From: the human T2T-CHM13v2.0 reference genome, Homo sapiens
DNA length: 64,000 nt
Strand: one strand, 5' to 3'
Assembly: GCF_009914755.1 (NCBI RefSeq)
Contig: NC_060944.1
Shown here: positions 56,090 through 64,000 of the stretch, in pieces
Layout of the letters: every line of letters begins with the position of its first letter
Position numbering within the stretch: position 1 is the stretch's first letter
Notes under the pieces: model-generated
Told to the model about the DNA's origin: nothing
Seen by the model: the letters and a program-made list of their open reading frames with translations, nothing else
Database searches by the model: none
Made by a program: the position numbers and the translations under genes

Positions 56090-59000
56090 GCTACAGTGTC
56101 CCAGCACAAAAGGGACAGGCTTGGCTGATCCCACATCCGCCGCAGTGTTGTGCCCCGAATTTCAGGGCCACCAGGCTAAGGGGGAGTGGATCTGTTGGTC
56201 CAAGGGTAGAGTGGCCCCACTCTTGGGTTCTTTCAGGGGAGGGGGCAGCCTTGCGGAGGCCCCAGCCCTGGGCCCCGTTTTCAGCCTTGTGGCCCATTCC
56301 CTAAATTCCCCTGACCCAGGGCCTGGGGAATCATCTGGTGCTACACTTTTCGAGCTGCCCTGCTTTCATGGGGCCTCCACACCTCTCCCCTGCCTGGCGT
56401 TGCCCATGTGTTGCCCCTGCTGGACTTGCCAGAGAAAGGGCACTGTCTGGGGTCCATGACCTAGACCCTGTGCTCCTCAGGGGTTGTGGAGAGTGGGCTG
56501 CCTCTATGGTGGGAAAAGATCTCTGAGAAGGATGGAGGTGGCCGTGGAAGGGATGGGGTGAGGTTGGAGCATTGTGTGGACAGGGATGGCGTGGCTCCTG
56601 TAGCATCTGAGGCCTGGAGCCAGGGCAAGAGGGAGCTGAAGAAGGGAGTTGGGGTGGGGCAGGGTGTTGGGGTGGGGGGCTGGCAGTGCTGGAGATGGAT
56701 AGGAGAAAGAACTGGGGGGGGGGTCTAGGCTGGCAGAAGCATGGAGGGGTGGAAGACTTGGGGGAGGGGAACCTGCAATCCAGAGCATAGCGAACAAGAA
56801 TGAACTCCTTAGGAGACGTCTCTTGTTGTGTTGTGGGCTCTGTGAAGGATGAAGTTCCACACACCTCAGGTGAAATGTTTGAAGGAGCCATTTTTTGTTC
56901 TAGATGTGCACCTGGAACGTGGCTTCTAGATACAGGTCTTCAACACAGCAGATAAGATGTCTGGAAAGATCTCTGGGCTCAAGTGCAGGTGAGGTTTTAG
57001 CACAGTTATCAGAGGAACTGATCCAGAAGCAGGCTTAGTTCTAGATTGAGTTCTAGAGTGCTAGGCTGATAAAATGTCCCAGGGAGCCACTCTGATCTGT
57101 GTATTCTGTTGTGAGGAGGAGGACACTGGAGGCCTGCTGCTCTGCTGTGGGGGATTCTAGCACCTGTCACAGTGGTGGGGGAGAAGAGGTTCTAGAGCCC
57201 AGCGTGAATGGAATTTTCTAGGAATGGGTGCTCTCATTCTAGACTTCTGGGGCTCATGGGAGCTCTAGGCCCCTGTTACCTTGGTCCATAGCCATCTTTC
57301 TAAAAGGAAATTGTCCTCAGAACCCCTGAGACATTTCAGCTGCCAACTGGTTCCCAGCTGGAAAAAAAAATAGCTCTGGGGACGTGACATGAATCCTGGC
57401 TCTCAGCCACTCTGCAAATGGGGCTCCCTGGAGCGGCATCTGGGAAACTGACTTGTTTTGCCTTAGATCTGATGACTCCCCAGGACCTGTGGTCTATTCC
57501 CATGGCCTGAACATCCTGGAGTGCCCAGGGGACTCACCCAGGGCCCCTCCTCCCACCTAGGACAGCCAGTGCTGGATTGAGGGGGCGTATGGGAGAGGGG
57601 AAGTAGGCAGTTCCATGGGGTGAGGAGACAGAGCCTCTAGCAGAGCTGGGAACCCAACCCACCCCCCACCCCCCCACACACACACTCCCACAGCAACTTA
57701 GGTGTGATTGGTGGGAGAGGACAGCAGCGGATGTTAAGGACAGATGCCAACCTGATCCTGGAGTGAGGTGGGCCATGAGAATCCTAGACTATGCAAATTA
57801 GAGGGATGCTTAGCCCTCCCTGGTTCAGCCTCTCTTGGGTTACAGATGGGAAACTGAGGCCCAGAGTGGCAGCCACTCTCTCAAGGTCCCAGACTCTGGG
57901 CTGCCCATCAAAAGGTGATGGGTAATGATGAATTGCTGGGGATGCAGGGTAACCCCAAAGGCAGGGAGGGCCAGACTGCCCACATACACACAAGCACAAG
58001 CACAACCATGATACGGGTCACCCTCCCCACCAGCACACAGGCCGAGATGGTGTACGCATCATCCCTCCTGCCAACACAGCAAGAGTGCTTTTCCTTCTTT
58101 CTGCTGCTAAGCACCCTCAGGAACGAGGCCTCGAGGGTGACGGGAGGTGGGAGAAGCCCAAGGCTGACCCAGGCCCACTCTGTTGGGTTCATCCATCCTC
58201 CAAATCCATCTTTGGAGGCTGAATTCACACACAAAGCCGTTGTGAGATGGGAGCTCTGAAGATGCGGACCCAGACCCAGAAACAGACTGTTTCTCCAGGG
58301 CCAACTTTGTGCCAGGAATTTTCACCCCATGTCGTTTCACTTACACTCTCCTCTGGTCACGACGTCCCTGCAAGAGAGGTATTATCAACCCATCTTACAG
58401 ACGAGGAAACTGAGGCCCAGAGATGTAGCATGAGGGTCACCCTTGGCAAGTTATTCTCCTCCCCAGTATCCCAGAATGGCCCATCTGGCTGCTGCCTTCT
58501 AGAGGAAAAGTCCTAGCTGGGGTCCTTTACACTCCAGGAGACTCCCAAGGGGCAGGGATGTGCTGGCAGGGCTTGGCATGGTCTGAGGCTCGCAGGGAAG
58601 CCATGGCTACATTTTTGGATTTTACTCCACCCCCACTCCCCACCTCTTCTCAACCCCACACACCCTTCCCTCAGGGCTTCTGCCTGCAGGGACATCTGGG
58701 CACAGGAATGGCCACAGTCAAAGGGCCCAGGGAGAGGGCTGCAGGCACCTCCTCCTGCTTCTCACCCTCAGAAGAGTCTCAGCCCTTAAAGGACTCTCCA
58801 CCCAGGAGCTCGGGACCAGGCCTGAGGCCCCCTGCTCCACTGGCTTGTCCCTTCATTTCACTGGGATAGAGGAGTCAGATGAGGGAGGGGTCCATCCCCT
58901 TGGAGCTGTTTTGTTTTTCTTTCTGTGACACAATCTACCTCAGCCAGTCTCTCCCCTAGCAGAACTGACCCCCCTGGTCCTCTGCCTCCTGTCCCCTGAC

Positions 59001-62000
59001 CCCCACCCCAGTCTGGATGTTCAGTCCTTCCCTGTCCTTCCCACCCTGCCAGGGTCCTTGCAGCCCAGAGGGTCCCTGAGGGTTCCTTAAGCCACCTGCC
59101 CTCCACATCCATTAGACAGGAGAAAGTGAGACCCAGAGAGGACCAAGGACTCACCAAAGGCCACACAGGAAGTCAGTGGCAGTTAGGATTTCCCTGGGGA
59201 TGAGAGGTAGTTGGGTGTGTCTTAATTTTGCCAGGAACAGAAGAGAACAGGATGCTTTGGGTACCAAATATGGCAGGCCCTGCCCTCAGTTACCTCTAAC
59301 CCCAGGAGACCAGTGTCCCCATCTCCAGGGCAGACTTCTGTCTACCTGTTTTCTTAGAACTGACCCCCACGCTGTTGACTGTGTTCCCCAAACCTCTGCA
59401 GGCACCACACACACCCACATCACGGCGCCTCCTGGCACTGATGTGCCATGTGCCTTGTAACTGTCACCCCAGCTGAACAGCACAGACCTCCCCACTCCCC
59501 CACACAGGGCTCCCCAATGAGGGAGCCTTGCTTGATCCCCTCCTGTCATCTGCCTCATTCTTGTGTCTCCCCCAAATCTGCCTTACCCCCAGCCAGCTCC
59601 CTGCTACACCTGTGTCCCACAGAGGCATGTCACCCATGAGAGTCGGGAAAGACAGAGGGCAGGGAAGGTGAGGCCTGGGGAAAGTCCAGGCCTCTGGATA
59701 AGGGCTGAGGGAGCTGGGAATATCCAGGGAAGGTCTCGCTTGCAGTCAACACCCTCCTAAGTACTCGAGTTCTGCAGGTTCTTCCCTTGGAATTAATCTG
59801 GACCTGGAGTCCACAGAAGCCTCAGACAATAGGGAGAAGGTTTTCTGGGACGAAGGCTGCATGGGATGCAAACTCAAATGCCTCGAGATAATGAAACTAA
59901 GAGTAATGGAGACAATAGGGAGTGTTGGGGACTCTGGCAGACAGGAGAGTGAGTGTGTGCCCTGCCTGTAGGTACTAAAATTCAAATGTTTGGGAAACTG
60001 CTGGCCACTCATATTTGGCCCACGTGCCACCAGTTTGAGACTTACGGTTCAAAATGTTGAGAAGGTTCTGGAGTGTCCTGCCAAGTGGAAACCCCTCAGC
60101 GGAAGTCAGGGACAGAGGCTGTGGCTCCCTCTGAGACTTTGCTAGTCCAACCCTAAATCCCCATCACCTGGCTATCTGAGAACTGAGCCCACTGCCCTCT
60201 CAGCTGAAAAGGGAAATCTGGGGGGTCCACAGGGTCCCTGGTTTGGGAATCATCTGATAAGGGCTACAGGCCCCTCCAGTGCCTCATGGGGTTAGAGGCT
60301 GCTGGAGTCTTCTCCAGCTTGGGGGCCCCTGGTTAGGAGGAATCTACATTGGGTTGCAGGGGAGTCCAGGTGCAGGATGTGGACTGAAAGCCAGGACCCA
60401 AGAGTCCCATTCTGTGCTGGCCCCTGCCACCTTTGGCACCTGTCTCCCTCCCAGTTCAAGCTGTGGTGGGGCCTGCAGTAGAGGTTGGTAGGGGGAGCTG
60501 TAGTTTCTATATTAAAGTGCTTTGCAGTGTCTCAATGGAAGGGAACAAGTGGGTGTCAAGCCGCATGGGCAGTAGTAGGGTTGGGGTTTGAGCCCCCTTC
60601 CCAACCATAGAGGCTTCTGAGACCTGGGGCTGGGGAGGAAAGGAGCTTCAATGTGCCATTCTGGTTGGGGAGAGGATAGGACATTTCTGGGTCCTTGGCT
60701 GCTGCCGGTAGAGGTATGGGGAGGAAAAACTCTAGAGTGGGAGATGTGGAAGTGGAAAAGGAAGGCCCTGTCCAGGCCTGGCCTGGTTTCTGGAGACAGA
60801 AAACTCCCCAGGGGACAGAGAGGTTACCCCCTTGTGCTTAGCTTCTGCCACCCTTCCCTTCTCTGGAGGAGAAGGCTGCCCTCTCCTCAGCAACCCTGGC
60901 CTTTATTCTATGCATAACCACTGCAAGGGCACCCCTGGCCAGGCTGAATGGGTGGGGGTCCCAGGGCACCTGCAATAATCTCAGAATGGAGGGTATCCTG
61001 GGACAAAGAGGGGGTACAGAAGGTGCCAGGGGGGAAAAGGTGATTCCTCCATCTCTCTCTCACCCAAATCCCCCCAGATCGAATCTGACCCTTTTCCCTG
61101 GTCTCCATTGTGCTAAACCACCGAACTTGGAGGAGCCTCATATAAACATAGCCCCCAGCCCCACTGGCTTTCCGAACCCATCATGAAATAGCTGGAAGGT
61201 ATCTGAACCGTTCCCATAGCTCCCTCATTATTTTCTTCCCTGAGGATCCTGTGGTTTAGGAGATTTTTCTCCCAAACCAGCCTCATTTCTTGAAGAAGAA
61301 TTCATTTTCCCATATTAAATTAACTCAAGCTGAGCTTCTGATTGCAGATAAATGTTTCTAAGGCCTCAAGTCAACTTCTAGGGCTTGAAGGTGGGGGAAT
61401 ATATGTATTTTATTGAGTTGCTTAATACAAAATTCTCAAAAGCACTTGTGGGCACTCATTCCTGCCTTCACAGGCCCTCAGGGTCTGGGACCCCACGTTG
61501 GGAATCAATGGTTTAGACATCCAGCATCCTATTTTACTGAAGGGGCAAGCCCAGAGATGGGAGATGGCCAGCCCAAGGTCACACAGCAAGTTGGTGGCAG
61601 GGTGAGACCAGAACCCGGTTCTTTTGAGGGTCCCACCAGAATATCCCCAGCCCTGATCCTCCCCTCCATGCCCCTGGAACTCTAGGAATCACTAGCCATG
61701 CCTGAGGGGCTAATCTCCCTCTGTCAGCACAATTCCGAGTGATTCTTCCCCTCCCTGTCGTCTCTTCCTCCCTAACGGGCCCTCACCCCTGTCCTCTTCT
61801 GTTTCCTTTTCCTGGTCCCACCTCCTGGTATTTACTACATCTGTGCCATCCCTCATCCCCCTGACCCCCATTCACCCTCCGAGCTTCCCCCAGGAGGGGG
61901 AGGGGGAGGGGGCCCCGAGCTGGGGCCTCTTTACTGAGACTCTTTTGTACACCACAAACTTTTTGTATATTTTTAATTTTGCTGCGACATGAGATATTAA

Positions 62001-62020
62001 AAGTCATTTCAGTACGTGCT
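56090..62020 (+). other. XKR7: XKR7 long 3' UTR (approximate)
   Basis: From TAG to ATTAAA at 61996; Alu-free, only MIR-like fragments. Confidence 0.6.
61944..62001 (+). terminator. XKR7: XKR7 distal poly(A) signal
   Basis: ATTAAA 61996-62001 preceded by two U-rich TGTA (CFIm) elements and followed by GU/U-rich tgcttgtgtcctattgttttg. Confidence 0.7.
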
Positions 62021-62517
62021 GCTTGTGTCCTATTGTTTTGGCTGTTCTGGGCCAGGGGAAGGAGATGAGGAAGGAGGGATAGGTAGGGTACCACTTGCCA
62101 CAATCTCTGTGGCTCAAGAGAGAAAGGCCTTTGGCTGGGAGAGGGTGGGACATTACACAACATCTCCTGTTTATTGGGCAGCATTTCAATCAATCAACCA
62201 GAATCCTCAGGCCAAAAGTTCTACAGATTATCTCCAAACTCATTTTACAGATAAAGTGGGTGGGGGGAGATAAAGGGTGGGGATACTTGTCAGAGATCAC
62301 AGAATGAGTCTATGACAAAATCAGGGCCCAGACTGAAGTTCCTAACTCCACTACAGCCAATACTTATTGAGAACCTACTGGGTGCCAGGCAGTTCTTGGC
62401 ATAGTGAACAAGAAAGATATAAAACAGGCAAGGTCCCTGCCCTCAAGGAGCTTACATCCTATCCTAGGGGGTATTGCCTCTAAGAGGGCCTCTGTCTCCA
62501 GGGCTTCCATCCTAATC

Positions 62518-62710
62518 CAGTGGTTCTCAAACTTCAAAGTGCATGAGAATCACTTGGAGAAGAGGGGATATGTTTTAAATGCATATTTCTGCCTCCATAA
62601 TCAGGGAATAGGTAGAACATGCCTGGAAATCTGCATTTTTAAAGTTCTTCAGGTGTGTTTAAAGAACATGCCTGGGAATCCTGCATTCTGGTGCAAGCGG
62701 ATCTGAGGAC
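62518..62710. mobile_element. MER5-family DNA transposon
   Basis: cagtggttctcaaactt...agaatcacttggag...aatctgcatttttaaag. Confidence 0.65.
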
Positions 62711-62725
62711 CTGGACCTTGCAGAT

Positions 62726-63036
<311 letters not shown>

Positions 63037-63403
63037 CAAGGACCACTACTTTAAAGTACCCTCCATAAACCTGATCATGGCATTTCCTTGCTTTAGAACC
63101 TCCCATGGTTCCCCAGTGCCTTCAGGATAAAGGTCAAACTCTTCTGCCAAACTCTGACTTTTGGAAACTGGGCCTAAAACCATCTTGAGTCTCATCTCTG
63201 ACATAACCCACCTGGCCCCCATAGCCTCTCCATACCACCCATTTTCCTGTTTCCATAAGACTCTCCTGATTGCCATCCAACAGGCTTTCTCGGCCATGCT
63301 TTCATGCAGGTGGAGCCCCAGTTTTTCAAGGGTCCCCCTCCAAAGTGCCCAGGGAATGTAACCCTGACCTGGCCCCAGGAGACAAATCATGATTGACCAA
63401 AGA

Positions 63404-63580
63404 CAGTGGTTTCCAAACTGTGGTCTCCAGAATAGTAGCACCAGGGAACTTGTTATAAATGCAGATTCTCAGGCCTCAGATCTATTAAATCAGCCACCAT
63501 GTGAATGGGGCACAGCAATCTGTTTGACAGGCCTTCTGGGTGATTCTGATGCATGCCTACATTTGAGGACAATTGGTCTA
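63404..63580. mobile_element. MER5A-like DNA transposon
   Basis: cagtggtttccaaactgtggtc...gaacttgttataaatgcagattctcaggcc...ggtgattctgatgca...tttgagga. Confidence 0.75.
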
Positions 63581-63644
63581 AGATAATTCCCCTGACCAGG
63601 GATTGATGGGGGCAGGGGCATGTGACCCAATTCTGGTGAGGTAG

Positions 63645-64000
63645 GGACTGCTAAGTGTCCACCAGTATCCATGTTCCTCCTTTTCTATAAAGAGTTTTTA
63701 GCTAGGCACATAGCCACTCAGAATAAAAGACTACATTTCCCAGCCTCCTTTGCAGCTAGGCTCAGCTATGAACCAAGTTCTGGCCAAGAAGAAATTTGTG
63801 CTACTTACATCACTTTAAAGAGACAGATCATGTTCTCTGCTTTGTTAACCCTGCTGGCTGGACTGCAGCTGGGTGGAGAGAGCCATCTTGCAGTTGATAG
63901 CAGAACCACTGCTTGGTGGAACAAAATAGGAGACTTCAAGGTCCAGGACCCAGGGAGCTACCACACCCACCCTTGACTGTTACCTGAAGAAGAGAGAAAC
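63645..64000. mobile_element. MLT1-type LTR remnant (runs off the window)
   Basis: aataaaagactacatttcccagcctcctttgcagctagg...aagttctggccaa. Confidence 0.6.

Noticed and set aside
56411-56423. CTCF-like CCAGCAGGGGCAA on the minus strand
   Set aside because: One base short in the G run; weak match
54873-56459. Shadow ORFs around XKR7 exon 3 (54917-55513 -, 55261-55719 +, 55623-56459 +)
   Set aside because: Expected from high-GC3 codon usage of the real CDS

Overview
Primate, almost certainly human (chr20q11.21 by gene order and protein identity), Alu/L2/MIR-rich genomic DNA with three genes. (1) The last coding exon and 3' UTR of TTLL9 (+). (2) The complete 5-exon PDRG1 gene (-, 133 aa, prefoldin-like), tail-to-tail with TTLL9. 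(3) The complete 3-exon XKR7 gene (+, 579 aa, XK/Xkr scramblase family), with a 26 kb first intron and a ~5.9 kb 3' UTR. All exons were assembled by hand from GT-AG junctions with consistent phases. Most other ORFs in the track are Alu-, repeat- or GC-driven artefacts. Best observations: two tandem near-perfect REST/RE1 silencer elements that are also XKR7 codons (STKDS x2); a ~45-bp interlocked bidirectional poly(A) cassette for TTLL9 and PDRG1, partly donated by an L2 end; a ~2.2 kb GACA-based intronic VNTR with higher-order structure, packed with SMAD-, GLI- and DRACH-like motifs; eight TTCTAG in 345 bp of the XKR7 3' UTR; and two cases of serial Alu insertion into one target site. No prokaryote-type system (CRISPR etc.) is present. 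Repeat subfamily calls and boundaries are by eye and approximate.
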